Positions 29,926 to 41,144 of a stretch of 64,000 bases of DNA are shown piece by piece (position 1 is the stretch's first letter; each line of letters begins with the position of its first letter). The position numbers and the translations under genes were made by a program. Source of the stretch: Intrasporangium sp. (GTDB taxonomy: Bacteria; Actinomycetota; Actinomycetes; Actinomycetales; Dermatophilaceae); assembly GCF_035280925.1 (NCBI RefSeq), contig NZ_DATEEY010000181.1:23418-87417 (forward strand), in the 5' to 3' direction. Below the pieces are notes generated by a model that did not search any database, was not told the DNA's origin, and saw nothing but the letters and a program-made list of their open reading frames with translations.

Positions 29926-31086
29926 ATGACCACACCTGCGCCGGACGAGTCGCGCCGCCACGGCTGGCGCATCGGCAGCATCGCCGGCTCGCCCGTCTAC
30001 ATCGCCCGGTCCTGGCCGGTCATCGCCGTGGTCATCATCGCCGTCTTCGGGCCGGCGCTCGGACGGCCGGACCGAGGCGCGTCGTACGGCTACCTCGTGG
30101 CGGCCGGCTATGCGCTGCTGCTCCTCGTCTCGGTGCTCGTCCACGAGGCCGCACACGCCCTCGCCGCTCGGGCCAGAGGACATTCCGTGGGACGCATCGT
30201 GGCGGACGTCTGGGGGGGCCACACCGTCTACGACGCGACCCGGTCGACGCCGGGAACCACGGCTCTGGTCGCCGTCGTCGGCCCGGTGTCCAACCTCGCC
30301 CTCGCCGCCGTGGCGTGGGCCGTGGAGGCCGGCGTCACGAACGAGGCGGCGTCGACGCTCCTGGTCATCGTGGCTCGCGCCAACTTCCTCGTCGGACTCT
30401 TCAACCTCCTCCCGGGCCTGCCTCTCGACGGTGGCCAGATCGTCAGTGCCCTCGTCTGGCGCCTCACCGGCCGGAAGGGGTCGGGACTGGTCGCGGCCGG
30501 CTGGCTGGGCCGGGTCATGGCGGCCGGCACCGTCCTGTGGTTCGTCGGGCGACCGCTGCTCGAGGGCGAGGGCATCGCGATGTTCGAGGTCGTGTGGCCG
30601 GTGGCCATCGCCTTCTTCCTCTGGCAGGGCGCCACCCAGGCGATCCGGGCCGGAGCGATCCACGACGCGACGGCCGGGCCCGTCCAGGACGTCCTCGAGC
30701 CGGTGGTGCTGCTGCCCGCGACGGCGACGGTGGGCGAGGTGGGCGAGCTGGCGCGCGGGTCGCGCACCAGCTCGGCATGGCTGGTCGCCACGGACGAACG
30801 CGGGTGGCCGTTCGGCCTGCTCGACCCCGCCGCCGCTGCAGAGGTGCCGGCCGCCACGCGGGCCACCACACCCCTCCGCGCGGTCGTCACGTCCCAACCG
30901 GCTGACTGGGTGGTGGCGCTGGACACGGACGCTGTGCTGACGGACCTCGTCCGGGAGATGAGCGAACGCAACCTGCCCGTCACCGTCGTCCTCGATGCCA
31001 CGACACGACGAGTCCTCGGTATCGCCACCGCGGACCGGGTCAACGAGGTCGTCGGCGCCGCCCTCGCCCGCCGACGGCGGAGCTGA
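29926..31086 (+). CDS. Site-2 protease (M50) family metalloprotease with C-terminal CBS-like region
   Basis: ORF 29926..31086. The HExxH motif is in VLVHEAAHALAAR. The NLLPGLPLDGG motif and multiple TM helices are present. Confidence 0.85.
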   Translation: MTTPAPDESRRHGWRIGSIAGSPVYIARSWPVIAVVIIAVFGPALGRPDRGASYGYLVAAGYALLLLVSVLVHEAAHALAARARGHSVGRIVADVWGGHTVYDATRSTPGTTALVAVVGPVSNLALAAVAWAVEAGVTNEAASTLLVIVARANFLVGLFNLLPGLPLDGGQIVSALVWRLTGRKGSGLVAAGWLGRVMAAGTVLWFVGRPLLEGEGIAMFEVVWPVAIAFFLWQGATQAIRAGAIHDATAGPVQDVLEPVVLLPATATVGEVGELARGSRTSSAWLVATDERGWPFGLLDPAAAAEVPAATRATTPLRAVVTSQPADWVVALDTDAVLTDLVREMSERNLPVTVVLDATTRRVLGIATADRVNEVVGAALARRRRS

Positions 31087-31242
31087 GTCCCGGCGCGCGA
31101 CGCCGGGGTGGAGGGGGCTTCGTCCCCACCCCCTGAGGAACGACGCGGCCGTCCACAGGCACGACGCCGACCCGGCCGCGTCACCGCCCGACGCCGGATG
31201 CTGCTGCCACCCCGGCAGGACGGGTCACGAAGGGAGCGAGCG

Positions 31243-32792
<1,550 letters not shown>

Positions 32793-32803
32793 CCCGTCGG
32801 GGT

Positions 32804-32809
32804 TAGGGT
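32804..32809 (+). promoter_or_regulatory. -10-like TAGGGT within GGGGTTAGGGTCGA, upstream of arc (leadered, AAGGAGG SD)
   Basis: It lies 54 nt before ATG 32863. The same GGTTAGGGTC box precedes dop and pup. Confidence 0.45.
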
Positions 32810-32862
32810 CGAATTGTCACGGCCCCTTCGTGGGGTCGTGCTGACACACAAGGAGGCCCGAG

Positions 32863-34710
32863 ATGACCGACGAGAGCAGGCATGAGGAGGCGCGCGCCCG
32901 TGGGCTCGGAGATCTCGGATCGGCTGCGGAGACGAGCCCGCGATCCGAGCCGATCAGCCCCGTGGGTGGTGCCGGAGGCCCCGCGTCGGCCGCAGGCGGT
33001 CCCGGGCAGGCGGACCGTGAGCTCGAGGCGCTGAGGAGCGAGGTGCGCGCGCTGCGCGACGCGTCGCGGGCCACGCCGCAGCAGACTCGGGAGCTGGAGG
33101 CGCGCCTGAGCCACCTGCAGACCTCGCTGCAGTCCCTCTCCACGCAGAACGAGCGCCTCGTTCGCACGCTCAAGGAAGCCCGGGAGCAGATCGTCAACCT
33201 CAAGAAGGAGGTCGATCGGCTCGCGCAGCCGCCGAGCACCTACGGGCTCGTCCTCGACGAGCCAACGGAGGGGTCGGTCGACATCCTGACCGGGGGCCGC
33301 AAGATGCGCGTCGCCGTGAGCCCTTCGGTGGACTCGGCCGAGCTGGCCCTCGGGCGTGAGGTCATGCTCAATGAGGCGCTCAACGTGGTCTCCGTGCACG
33401 GGTACGAACGGGTCGGTGAGGTCGTCACGGTCAAGGAGAAGCTCGGCGACGACCGCGTCGTCGTCGTGACGCACGGCGACGAGGAGCGCGTCTGCCGGAT
33501 CGCCACTCCTCTGCTGGGAGAGCGGATCCGGGTCGGTGACTCCCTGGCGCTCGACCCGCGTTCCAACTTCGTCCATGAGCTGATCCCCAAGCTCGAGATC
33601 GAGGAGCTCGTCCTCGAGGAGGTTCCGGACGTCGGCTACGAGGACATCGGCGGGCTCGCCGGACAGATCGAGCAGATCCGCGACGCGGTCGAGCTGCCGT
33701 TCCTGCACCCCGAGCTCTTCAAGGAGCATGCCCTCAAGCCGCCCAAGGGCGTGCTGCTCTACGGGCCGCCCGGGTGCGGCAAGACGCTCATCGCCAAGGC
33801 CGTGGCCGCCTCGCTGGCCAAGCAGGTGGCCGAGCGCTCCGGCCGTGAGACCGGGAAGGGCTACTTCCTCAACATCAAGGGTCCGGAGCTGCTCAACAAG
33901 TACGTCGGTGAGACGGAGCGGCACATCCGGCTGATCTTCCAGCGGGCCCGGGAGAAGGCGTCCGAGGGAAGCCCCGTCGTCGTCTTCTTCGACGAGATGG
34001 ACTCGCTCTTCCGCACCCGCGGCTCCGGCATCTCGAGTGATGTCGAGACGACGATCGTGCCCCAGCTTCTGGCCGAGATCGACGGGGTCGAGCGGCTCGA
34101 GAACGTCATCGTCATCGGCGCCTCGAACCGTGAGGACATGATCGATCCGGCGATCCTGCGACCGGGCCGGCTCGACGCGAAGATCAAGATCGAGCGACCC
34201 GACGCCGAGAGCGCCCGCGACATCTTCAGCAAGTACCTCACGACATCGCTTCCGCTTCACCAGCACGACCTGGCCATCCACGGCGGGGACCGGGACGCGA
34301 CGGTGGAGGCGATGATCACGGCAGCCGTCGAGCGGATGTACTCCGAGATGGAGGACAACCGCTTCCTCGAGGTGACCTACCAGGGTGGCGACAAGGAGAT
34401 CCTCTACTTCAAGGACTTCAACTCCGGCGCGATGATCCAGAACATCGTCGACCGGGCCAAGAAGCTCGCGATCAAGGACTTCCTGACAACCGCGCAGAAG
34501 GGGATCCGGGTCGAGCACATCCTCGCCAGCTGTGTGGACGAGTTCAAGGAGAACGAAGACCTGCCCAACACGACCAACCCGGACGACTGGGCCCGCATCA
34601 GCGGCAAGAAGGGTGAGCGGATCGTCTACATCCGCACGCTCATCAAGGGCAAGGACGGCACCGAGCCCGGCCGGTCCATCGCCACGGCCAACACCGGTCA
34701 GTACCTGTGA
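32863..34710 (+). CDS. arc: Proteasome-associated AAA ATPase ARC/Mpa
   Basis: ORF 32863..34710. It has an N-terminal coiled coil, Walker A GPPGCGKT, Walker B VVFFDEMD, and the C-terminal proteasome-docking motif TGQYL. Confidence 0.95.
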   Translation: MTDESRHEEARARGLGDLGSAAETSPRSEPISPVGGAGGPASAAGGPGQADRELEALRSEVRALRDASRATPQQTRELEARLSHLQTSLQSLSTQNERLVRTLKEAREQIVNLKKEVDRLAQPPSTYGLVLDEPTEGSVDILTGGRKMRVAVSPSVDSAELALGREVMLNEALNVVSVHGYERVGEVVTVKEKLGDDRVVVVTHGDEERVCRIATPLLGERIRVGDSLALDPRSNFVHELIPKLEIEELVLEEVPDVGYEDIGGLAGQIEQIRDAVELPFLHPELFKEHALKPPKGVLLYGPPGCGKTLIAKAVAASLAKQVAERSGRETGKGYFLNIKGPELLNKYVGETERHIRLIFQRAREKASEGSPVVVFFDEMDSLFRTRGSGISSDVETTIVPQLLAEIDGVERLENVIVIGASNREDMIDPAILRPGRLDAKIKIERPDAESARDIFSKYLTTSLPLHQHDLAIHGGDRDATVEAMITAAVERMYSEMEDNRFLEVTYQGGDKEILYFKDFNSGAMIQNIVDRAKKLAIKDFLTTAQKGIRVEHILASCVDEFKENEDLPNTTNPDDWARISGKKGERIVYIRTLIKGKDGTEPGRSIATANTGQYL

Positions 34711-34716
34711 GTTCCT

Positions 34717-34748
34717 CGTGGGCTGCCTTGGCACCCAGGCAGCCCACG
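34717..34748 (+). terminator. Hairpin after arc
   Basis: CGTGGGCTGCC (34717-34727) pairs perfectly with GGCAGCCCACG (34738-34748) around a 10-nt loop. Confidence 0.55.
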
Positions 34749-34762
34749 ATGTGAACCCGGCT

Positions 34763-34797
34763 CAGCGGCATACCTGAGTTGATGCCGTATGCCGCTG
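34763..34797. repeat. REP-like repeat pair in head-to-head orientation
   Basis: CAGCGGCATAC lies at 34763-34773 and GTATGCCGCTG at 34787-34797. Together they can form a 10-13-bp stem with a loop of about 13 nt. Confidence 0.8.
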
Positions 34798-34806
34798 GGC
34801 TCGCTC

Positions 34807-35196
34807 TCAGGGTCGCCCTGAGCGGGTGCCCACCCGGCTCGCGAGCGCGCGCCACCCGATGAGCAGCACCGCGAGCACACCCGCGGCCACGGCGAGGAAG
34901 GGCCAGGCGAAGCTGCGCAGCACGATGGCGCGCAGCACCATCCCGATGACCAGGGTCGAGAACCAGACGGTGATCCCCGGGCCGACCTCGAGCGGCCACG
35001 AACCGCGGCGGCCGCGGACCACGAGCCACCCGATCGCCGTGCCCACGAGGAACGGGCTCGCCGTGGCGAGGACTCCTGCGAGGCTGAGGCTCTCGGCGTG
35101 CGAGGACCTGCCGATGGCCGCGAATGCGACGACGAGGACGACGTCGATGACGAAGGCGACGGCGGGGGTGCGCCAGACGGGCGCTCGCCGGCTCAT
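34807..35196 (-). CDS. DUF3054-like small membrane protein
   Basis: In frame with ORF 34807..35448, starting at ATG 35196 (MSRRAPVWRTPAVAFVIDVVLVVAFAAIGRSSH). Four hydrophobic helices. There is a 4-nt overlap with the upstream prs-like stop. Confidence 0.65.
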   Translation of the reverse strand: MSRRAPVWRTPAVAFVIDVVLVVAFAAIGRSSHAESLSLAGVLATASPFLVGTAIGWLVVRGRRGSWPLEVGPGITVWFSTLVIGMVLRAIVLRSFAWPFLAVAAGVLAVLLIGWRALASRVGTRSGRP

Positions 35197-36182
35197 GCCA
35201 TCGTCTCGAAGGGCAACCTGGGCTGTGGGGGTGCGTAGGTGGGGTCGACGCCCTCGAAGAGGGAGGACACGGAGCGGCCATGGTGGATCCGGTCGATCGC
35301 CTCGGCGAACAGCGCCGAGACGGAGCGGACCCGAAGCTCTGGCCAACCGGGTGGTGCCGGGACCGTGTCGGTGGTCACGACGTCCGTGACGAAGGGATGC
35401 CCGCGGAGGCGCTCGACCGCCCGGCGGGCGAAGAGCCCGTGGGTGCACACGATGGTGGCTTCGGTGGCGCCCGCCTCGCGGAGGCGGTCCATCAGCTCGA
35501 CCATGGACCCCCCGGTGGCGATCTCGTCGTCGAGGATGATGACCCGGCGTCCCGCCACGTCGCCGACGATGGAGTCGACGACGACCTGGTCATCGGAGAT
35601 GCGCCGTTTCGAGCCCGCCGCCACTGGCAGGCCGAGCAGCCGCGCGAACTGGGTCGCGACCTTGGCGTTGCCCAGGTCCGGACTGACCACGATGCAGTCC
35701 GCGAGGTTGGATCCGCGGAAGTGGTCGGCGAGGACGCCGATGGCCGTCAGGTGGTCGACCGGCATGGAGAAGAAGCCGTGGACCTGCGGCGCGTGCAGGG
35801 CCATGGTCAGGACCCGATGGGCTCCGGCCGTGCCGATCATGTCGGCGACGAGACGCCCCCCGAGTGAGATCCGGGAGGCGTCCTTCTTGTCGGAGCGGGC
35901 GTAGGCATAGTGCGGCATCACTGCCGTGATCTGGGCCGCCGACGCGCCCCGAGCAGCGTCGATCATGAGGAGCAGCTCCATCAGGTGCTCCTGGGTCGGT
36001 GGCACGAGGGGCTGGACGATGTAGACGTCGCGGAGCCGGCAGTTCTCCAGGAGCTGCGCCTGGAGGCAGTCGTTGGCGAAGCGCTTGATGTCGACGGGGG
36101 ACCGAGTGACACCCAGATGCGCGCAGATCCGGTCGGCGAGGGCTGGATGGGCGGAGCCGCTGAAGACGACCACATCTTTCAC
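35193..36182 (-). CDS. Ribose-phosphate diphosphokinase (Prs) family protein
   Basis: ORF 35193..36182. VVFSGSAHPALADRIC, VMPHYAYARSDKK and the PRPP-binding loop VIILDDEIATGGSMV are present. Confidence 0.8.
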   Translation of the reverse strand: MKDVVVFSGSAHPALADRICAHLGVTRSPVDIKRFANDCLQAQLLENCRLRDVYIVQPLVPPTQEHLMELLLMIDAARGASAAQITAVMPHYAYARSDKKDASRISLGGRLVADMIGTAGAHRVLTMALHAPQVHGFFSMPVDHLTAIGVLADHFRGSNLADCIVVSPDLGNAKVATQFARLLGLPVAAGSKRRISDDQVVVDSIVGDVAGRRVIILDDEIATGGSMVELMDRLREAGATEATIVCTHGLFARRAVERLRGHPFVTDVVTTDTVPAPPGWPELRVRSVSALFAEAIDRIHHGRSVSSLFEGVDPTYAPPQPRLPFETMA

Positions 36183-36257
36183 GGGTGATCCCCTCTCGAG
36201 GTTCGCGTCACTGTCGACGATAGTCGACCTGGTCGCTCACGTCCCGCCCCGTGTGGT

Positions 36258-36263
36258 TAGGGT
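36258..36263 (+). promoter_or_regulatory. -10-like TAGGGT (GTGGTTAGGGTC), 7 nt before ATG 36271 (dop, leaderless candidate)
   Basis: Reads TAGGGTctcgaccATG, with no SD possible. Confidence 0.5.
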
Positions 36264-36270
36264 CTCGACC

Positions 36271-37791
36271 ATGACGGTTCGCCGGATCATGGGCCTCGAG
36301 ACGGAGTTCGGCATCTCCGTGCCCGGCGACCCGCTGGCCAACCCCATGTTCCTGTCCGGTCAGGTCATCAGCGTCTATGCGGCGGCACATGGCGTGCGCT
36401 CCAACCAGTCGAGCTGGGACTACGCCTTCGAGGACCCCCTCCAGGACGCCCGCGGGTGGCACGTCGACCGGGATTCCGCGGACCCGAGCCAGCTGACTGA
36501 CATCGAGGATCCGACGCTGGCCAACGTCGTCCTGCCCAACGGCGCCCGCTACTACGTCGACCATGCTCACCCGGAGTACAGCTCGCCCGAGGTCACCGTG
36601 CCCCGGGCAGCCATTCGCTGGGACCGCGCCGGGGACGCCATCGCGCTCGAGTCGGTGCGGCTGCTCGCCTCCCGTCCGGGGCAGGCTCCCGTCAACCTCT
36701 ACAAGAACAACACGGACGGGAAAGGTCAGTCCTACGGGACCCACGAGAACTACCTCATGCCGCGCCGGACGCCGTTTCCCGAGATCGTCCGGCACCTCAT
36801 CCCGTTCTTCGTCACCCGACAGGTCGTGGTGGGCGCCGGGCGGGTCGGGGTCGGGGTGGACTCCCGAGGAGCCGGGTACCAGATCTCGCAGCGCGCCGAC
36901 TTCTTCGAGACCGAGGTGGGGCTCGAGACCACCCTGAAGCGCCCGATCATCAACACCCGCGACGAGCCGCATGCCGTGGCGGATCGCTATCGCCGGCTGC
37001 ACGTCATCATCGGCGACGCCAACCAGCTCGACGTCGCGAACCTGCTCAAGGTCGGGACCACCTCGCTCGTCCTCGGCATGATCGAGGACGGGCACCTGCG
37101 GGAGGACTGGTCGATCCGTCGACCGGTCGCCGCGCTGCAGGCCGTCTCCCACGACGCCACGCTTCGGACGACCGTCGAGCTCCAGGACGGTCGCACGATG
37201 ACCGCTCTCGACGTCCAGTGGCTCTACCTCGAGGCGGCCCGCGGGTGGCTCGACGGACGTGGCGACGACCCAGTGCCGGAGGCGACCGAGGAGGTCATGC
37301 GCTACTGGGAGGACGTGCTGACCCGCCTCGGCAGTGATGTCATGACGGCGAGCGGCCTCGTCGACTGGGTCGCGAAGCTGCAGCTCCTCGAGGGGTACCG
37401 GTCGCGCGACGGGCTGGAGTGGGACGACCACCGGCTGGCGGCGATCGACATCCAGTGGGCCGACGTCCGCCCCGAGAAGGGCCTGGTCCATCGACTCCGG
37501 GACCGCGGGCGGATCGTCGAGCTGACCACCCCCGAGGAGATCCGCACGGCGCAGTCGGCGCCACCGGAGGACACGAGGGCCTGGTTCCGGGGAACCTGCG
37601 TCAGCCGGTTCACGCCGCAGGTGTTCTCGGCGAGCTGGGACTCGGTGGTCTTCGACGTGCCGGGACGACCGAACCTGCAGCGGGTCCCCATCCTCGAACC
37701 GGAGCGGGGCACACGGGAGCAGGTCGGGCCGCTGCTCGACCAGAGTCACGACGTCGAGTCGTTGCTGCGGGCCCTGGCCACTCCGGAGTGA
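36271..37791 (+). CDS. dop: Pup deamidase/depupylase
   Basis: In frame with ORF 36073..37791. MTVRRIMGLETEFGISVPGD and YYVDHAHPEYSSPE are Dop/PafA family motifs. It lies directly upstream of pup. Confidence 0.93.
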   Translation: MTVRRIMGLETEFGISVPGDPLANPMFLSGQVISVYAAAHGVRSNQSSWDYAFEDPLQDARGWHVDRDSADPSQLTDIEDPTLANVVLPNGARYYVDHAHPEYSSPEVTVPRAAIRWDRAGDAIALESVRLLASRPGQAPVNLYKNNTDGKGQSYGTHENYLMPRRTPFPEIVRHLIPFFVTRQVVVGAGRVGVGVDSRGAGYQISQRADFFETEVGLETTLKRPIINTRDEPHAVADRYRRLHVIIGDANQLDVANLLKVGTTSLVLGMIEDGHLREDWSIRRPVAALQAVSHDATLRTTVELQDGRTMTALDVQWLYLEAARGWLDGRGDDPVPEATEEVMRYWEDVLTRLGSDVMTASGLVDWVAKLQLLEGYRSRDGLEWDDHRLAAIDIQWADVRPEKGLVHRLRDRGRIVELTTPEEIRTAQSAPPEDTRAWFRGTCVSRFTPQVFSASWDSVVFDVPGRPNLQRVPILEPERGTREQVGPLLDQSHDVESLLRALATPE

Positions 37792-37870
37792 ACCGGGCTC
37801 CGAGCGGGGCTTGGGCGACGCGCAGGCGGCCGCAGCGTGGAACGTCAACGCAGCGAACGGCGTGACGGGT

Positions 37871-37876
37871 TAGGGT
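37871..37876 (+). promoter_or_regulatory. -10-like TAGGGT (ACGGGTTAGGGTCGA) upstream of pup
   Basis: It lies 34 nt before ATG 37911. GGAGG SD is present at 37901-37905. Confidence 0.45.
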
Positions 37877-37884
37877 CGATGTAC

Positions 37885-37897
37885 ACGTGATTCACGT
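37885..37897. promoter_or_regulatory. Perfect palindrome ACGTGA-T-TCACGT in the pup 5' region (operator candidate)
   Basis: The 6+1+6 dyad sits between the -10-like box and the SD of pup. Confidence 0.35.
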
Positions 37898-37910
37898 TTT
37901 GGAGGTAGTC

Positions 37911-38117
37911 ATGGCCGGCCAGGAACACGCCCGACCGCAGCGCAGGGACGAGGAGCCGCCGGAGGCCCCCGACACCCCACCCCCGACACCGTCAGGTGCC
38001 GCCGTCAAGGAGAACCTGGACGACGACATCGACAGCGTCCTGGATGAGATCGACGGAGTCCTCGAGTCGAATGCCGAGGAGTTCGTGCGAGGGTTCGTCC
38101 AGAAGGGCGGCCAGTGA
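37911..38117 (+). CDS. pup: Prokaryotic ubiquitin-like protein Pup
   Basis: In frame with ORF 37887..38117. The 68-aa protein is acidic and looks disordered, ends with FVQKGGQ (needs deamidation by Dop), and shows [15 protein letters not shown]. Confidence 0.95.
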   Translation: MAGQEHARPQRRDEEPPEAPDTPPPTPSGAAVKENLDDDIDSVLDEIDGVLESNAEEFVRGFVQKGGQ

Positions 38118-38947
38118 CCGTCAGACCCGGCTCGCGGGCGCCCAGACTCGACGACGCGTTCCTCGCGAGCGGGTCGTCGTCCTTCACCGAGTTCGTGGCT
38201 GGGTACCGGCCGGAGCTGCTGCCCTCCGGCCGGCCGCTTCCTGTCGGCGCGAGTATCGAGGCGCCGCACGGGACCACGATCGTGTCCCTCCTGCACGGGG
38301 ACGGCGCCATCATGGCCGGCGACCGGCGCGCGACCATGGGCAACTTCATCGCGAACCGCGACATGGAGAAGGTCTTCGCCGCTGACGGCTACAGCGTCGT
38401 CGGCATCGCCGGGACGGCCGGGATCGCCGTCGAGCTCATCCGGCTCTACCAGGTCGAGCTCGAGCACTACGAGAAGATCGAGGGCGCCATCATGTCCCTC
38501 GAGGGCAAGGCAAATCGGCTGGCCTCCATGATCCGGGGCAACCTCGCCCTGGCGATGCAGGGCCTCACCGTCGTGCCGACCTACGCCGGATTCGACCTCG
38601 ATGAGGGTGTCGGGCGCATCTACTCCTACGACGTGACCGGCGGCTGCTATCTCGAGGGCGGGCATCACTCGAGCGGCTCCGGCTCGGTGTTCGCCCGGGG
38701 CGCGCTGAAGAAGCTGTGGCGTCCCGGCCTGAGTGAGGATGTCGCTGTCGCCGTCGCGCTCGAGGCGCTCTACGACGCGGCCGACGACGACTCGGCGACC
38801 GGCGGCCCGGACCTCGGCCGACAGATCTGGCCGACCGTGGCTGTCGTCGACCAGTCGGGTGCCCGTTTCGTGCCGGAGGACGTCCTCGAGAGCCATGTCG
38901 CCGCCATCGTCGAGTCGCGCCGCGGCAACCCCGGAGGTGCGCGATGA
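38114..38947 (+). CDS. prcB: Proteasome subunit beta
   Basis: ORF 38114..38947. GTG overlaps the pup stop. The propeptide is followed by HGTTIVSLL (catalytic Thr after the HG cleavage site). Confidence 0.93.
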   Translation: MTVRPGSRAPRLDDAFLASGSSSFTEFVAGYRPELLPSGRPLPVGASIEAPHGTTIVSLLHGDGAIMAGDRRATMGNFIANRDMEKVFAADGYSVVGIAGTAGIAVELIRLYQVELEHYEKIEGAIMSLEGKANRLASMIRGNLALAMQGLTVVPTYAGFDLDEGVGRIYSYDVTGGCYLEGGHHSSGSGSVFARGALKKLWRPGLSEDVAVAVALEALYDAADDDSATGGPDLGRQIWPTVAVVDQSGARFVPEDVLESHVAAIVESRRGNPGGAR

Positions 38948-39813
38948 CCATGCCGTTCTACGTCCCGCCCGAGCAGGTCATGAAGGACCGCGCGGACTTC
39001 GCGCGCAAGGGCATCGCGCGCGGCCGCTCGGTCGTCGTGCTGGCCTACGACAAGGGCATCGCCTTCGTCGCCGAGAATCCGTCGCGGGCGCTGCACAAGG
39101 TCTCCGAGATCTACGACCGGATCGCGTTCGCCGCCGTCGGCCGGTACAACGAGTTCGAGTCGCTCCGAGTCGCGGGAATCCGCTACGCCGACCTGCGTGG
39201 TTACTCCTACGACCGCACGGACGTGACGGCGCGCGCGCTGGCCAACACCTACGCCCAGACGCTGGGCGCCGTCTTCACGCAGGAGTCCAAGCCCTTCGAG
39301 ATCGAGATCGTCGTCGCCGAGGTCGGACAGACGCCAGACGATGACCAGATCTTCCGACTGACCTACGACGGTTCGGTCGCCGACGAGCGTGGCTTCGTCG
39401 CCATGGGTGGAGCGAGCGAGCAGGTCGAGGCGGGCCTCGCCGAGCGTTGGCGGCCCGGCCTCAGCCTGGGCGAGGCGCTCCGCCTCGCGGTCGACGTCCT
39501 GGCCGTGGCGCCGGAGGGCGGCGAGCCCCGTGAACTGGGCCCGGACCAGCTCGAGGTCGCCGTCCTGGACCGGGAGCGCCCGCGCCGGACATTCCGCCGC
39601 GTCCTGGGAGGCCTGCTCGGTCGGTTGCTCAGTCCCGAGGATCCCATCGCGGACGCACCCGTGGACGAGGCGCACCCCGGGCACCCCGAGGTGCTGAGCG
39701 GCGAGCCGAACGACAGGGCTGCCGGGCAGGCGACCCCCTCGGCCGGACCCGACCACGCCGGTCCGCCTCACGACGGTCAGGGACGTGACGACGGGCCGAC
39801 ACAGCCGACGTGA
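38944..39813 (+). CDS. prcA: Proteasome subunit alpha (with long Pro/Gly/Asp-rich C-terminal tail)
   Basis: ORF 38944..39813, with an ATGA overlap with prc[34 protein letters not shown] is the canonical PrcA N-terminus. Confidence 0.93.
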   Translation: MTMPFYVPPEQVMKDRADFARKGIARGRSVVVLAYDKGIAFVAENPSRALHKVSEIYDRIAFAAVGRYNEFESLRVAGIRYADLRGYSYDRTDVTARALANTYAQTLGAVFTQESKPFEIEIVVAEVGQTPDDDQIFRLTYDGSVADERGFVAMGGASEQVEAGLAERWRPGLSLGEALRLAVDVLAVAPEGGEPRELGPDQLEVAVLDRERPRRTFRRVLGGLLGRLLSPEDPIADAPVDEAHPGHPEVLSGEPNDRAAGQATPSAGPDHAGPPHDGQGRDDGPTQPT

Positions 39814-39837
39814 TCGGCGGTCCACCTGCATGACGAT

Positions 39838-39866
39838 GCCGTCCGGCCCCTTGGGGGCCGGACGGC
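39838..39866. terminator. Strong hairpin between convergent prcA and the DivIVA-like gene
   Basis: GCCGTCCGGCCCC (39838-39850) pairs perfectly with GGGGCCGGACGGC (39854-39866) around the loop TTG. Confidence 0.6.
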
Positions 39867-39892
39867 ATTCGTTCGCAATACGGCCGGGACCG

Positions 39893-41056
39893 TCAGTTGG
39901 TCCGCACGGGCTCCTTCGAGGACGAGCCCTGGTCGGCGCGGCCCTCGTCCGACGCGTCCGCCCGGTCATCGCCGTTGGCGGGAATCGCCTGCATCACGAT
40001 GGTGGCATCGGACGCTGACGGCTCGACTGCGGCAGCCTGCTGGGCGGACTGCTCCGGTTCGGTCGGGTGAGGCGGTGCGTGCCGCGGCTCATGCGACGGG
40101 GCGGGCTGCTGGGCAACCGGCGGCTGCTGGGCGGGCAGCGCGTCGGCGATGGCGCCCCCACCCAGGGTGGCCAGCATCTGGCGGACGTTGGCCAGCTGCG
40201 AGGTGATGGCATCGCGCTGCGCGGTCGAGGCGGCCAGCTCGCGCTCGGACTCCTCGCGCACCCGCGCTGCGTGGTCGCGAGCCTCGGCGACGATGAGGTC
40301 GGCCTGGGACTGGGCGCCGTTGAGGATCGCCTGGGCGCGCCCTCGGCGCTCGGCAGCGTCCTTCTCCGACCGTTCGCGCAGCTCCCGGGCCCGCCGGTCG
40401 ATCTCGGCCAGGGTCGCCTCGAGGGCTGCACGACGCGTCTCGAACTCCTTGTCGGCCTGCTCACGCCGGTTGGCCAGCGTCGTCTCGAGCTCAGCGGTCG
40501 CGGCGCCGGCCTTGGCCCGGTGGGACTCGTACTCGGCCTGGGACTCCTGCCGCTGTGCGGCGGCGACACTCTGTGCCTCGGCGATGATCGCCTGTGCCTC
40601 TCGGTTCGCCTGCGCGATGACGCGCTGCGCCTCCTCCTCGGCGCGCACCTTTGCCTGCTCCGCATAGGCGCTGGTGGTCGCCTTGAGCTCGCCGGCGGCG
40701 TTGTTGGCTCGCTCGCGGATGTGGTCCGCCTCCACGGCGGCGCGGTTGCGCATCTCGGCGGCCTCGGCGTCGGCGAGGGTCAGGATCTGGCCGACGCGCT
40801 CGCCCAGCTCGGTGTAGGTCTGCGCCTGCGAGGGAGCCGACTTCTTGAGGTCGGCCATCGCACGGGTCTGCTGGCCGAGCTGGCCGCGCAGGTCGGCCAT
40901 CTGGGCGTTGAGCTTGGTCAGCTCGACACTGCGCTCGGAGGCGTCCTTCTTTGCGGCCTGGAGGGTACGGTTCTGCGATTCGATGAACGCATCGACCTCC
41001 TCCGGCTCGTAACCGCGGCGGGAGAACTTGAAGTTTGGTCTGTCGATCATGGCCAT
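39893..41056 (-). CDS. DivIVA domain-containing coiled-coil protein
   Basis: In frame with ORF 39893..41122. MAMIDRPNFKFSRRGYEPEEVDAFIES is a DivIVA N-domain. A long Ala/Glu/Arg/Gln coiled coil and a Pro/Gln-rich tail follow. Confidence 0.8.
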   Translation of the reverse strand: MAMIDRPNFKFSRRGYEPEEVDAFIESQNRTLQAAKKDASERSVELTKLNAQMADLRGQLGQQTRAMADLKKSAPSQAQTYTELGERVGQILTLADAEAAEMRNRAAVEADHIRERANNAAGELKATTSAYAEQAKVRAEEEAQRVIAQANREAQAIIAEAQSVAAAQRQESQAEYESHRAKAGAATAELETTLANRREQADKEFETRRAALEATLAEIDRRARELRERSEKDAAERRGRAQAILNGAQSQADLIVAEARDHAARVREESERELAASTAQRDAITSQLANVRQMLATLGGGAIADALPAQQPPVAQQPAPSHEPRHAPPHPTEPEQSAQQAAAVEPSASDATIVMQAIPANGDDRADASDEGRADQGSSSKEPVRTN

Positions 41057-41144
41057 CCAAGGGAGAGATGTGGAGGAGTGCGTAGGAAGAAGGGGCGGGG
41101 CCATTGTTACAGGCTCCACCAAATCGAGACAGGGGTGTCCAGCC

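Noticed and set aside
35366-35373. PafBC-type promoter motif (TGTCGGTG-N8-TAnnnT), the only TGTCGGTG I noticed in the window
   Set aside because: It lies inside the prs-like coding region, and the sequence 8 nt downstream (GTCCGT) is not a TAnnnT box. No convincing RecA-NDp-like promoter was seen upstream of any gene here.
36205-36232. GTCGAC-GATA-GTCGAC dyad upstream of the prs-like gene as an operator
   Set aside because: It consists of two short self-palindromic hexamers only, overlaps a TATCGT -10-like box on the minus strand, and has no extended symmetry. That is too weak to call.
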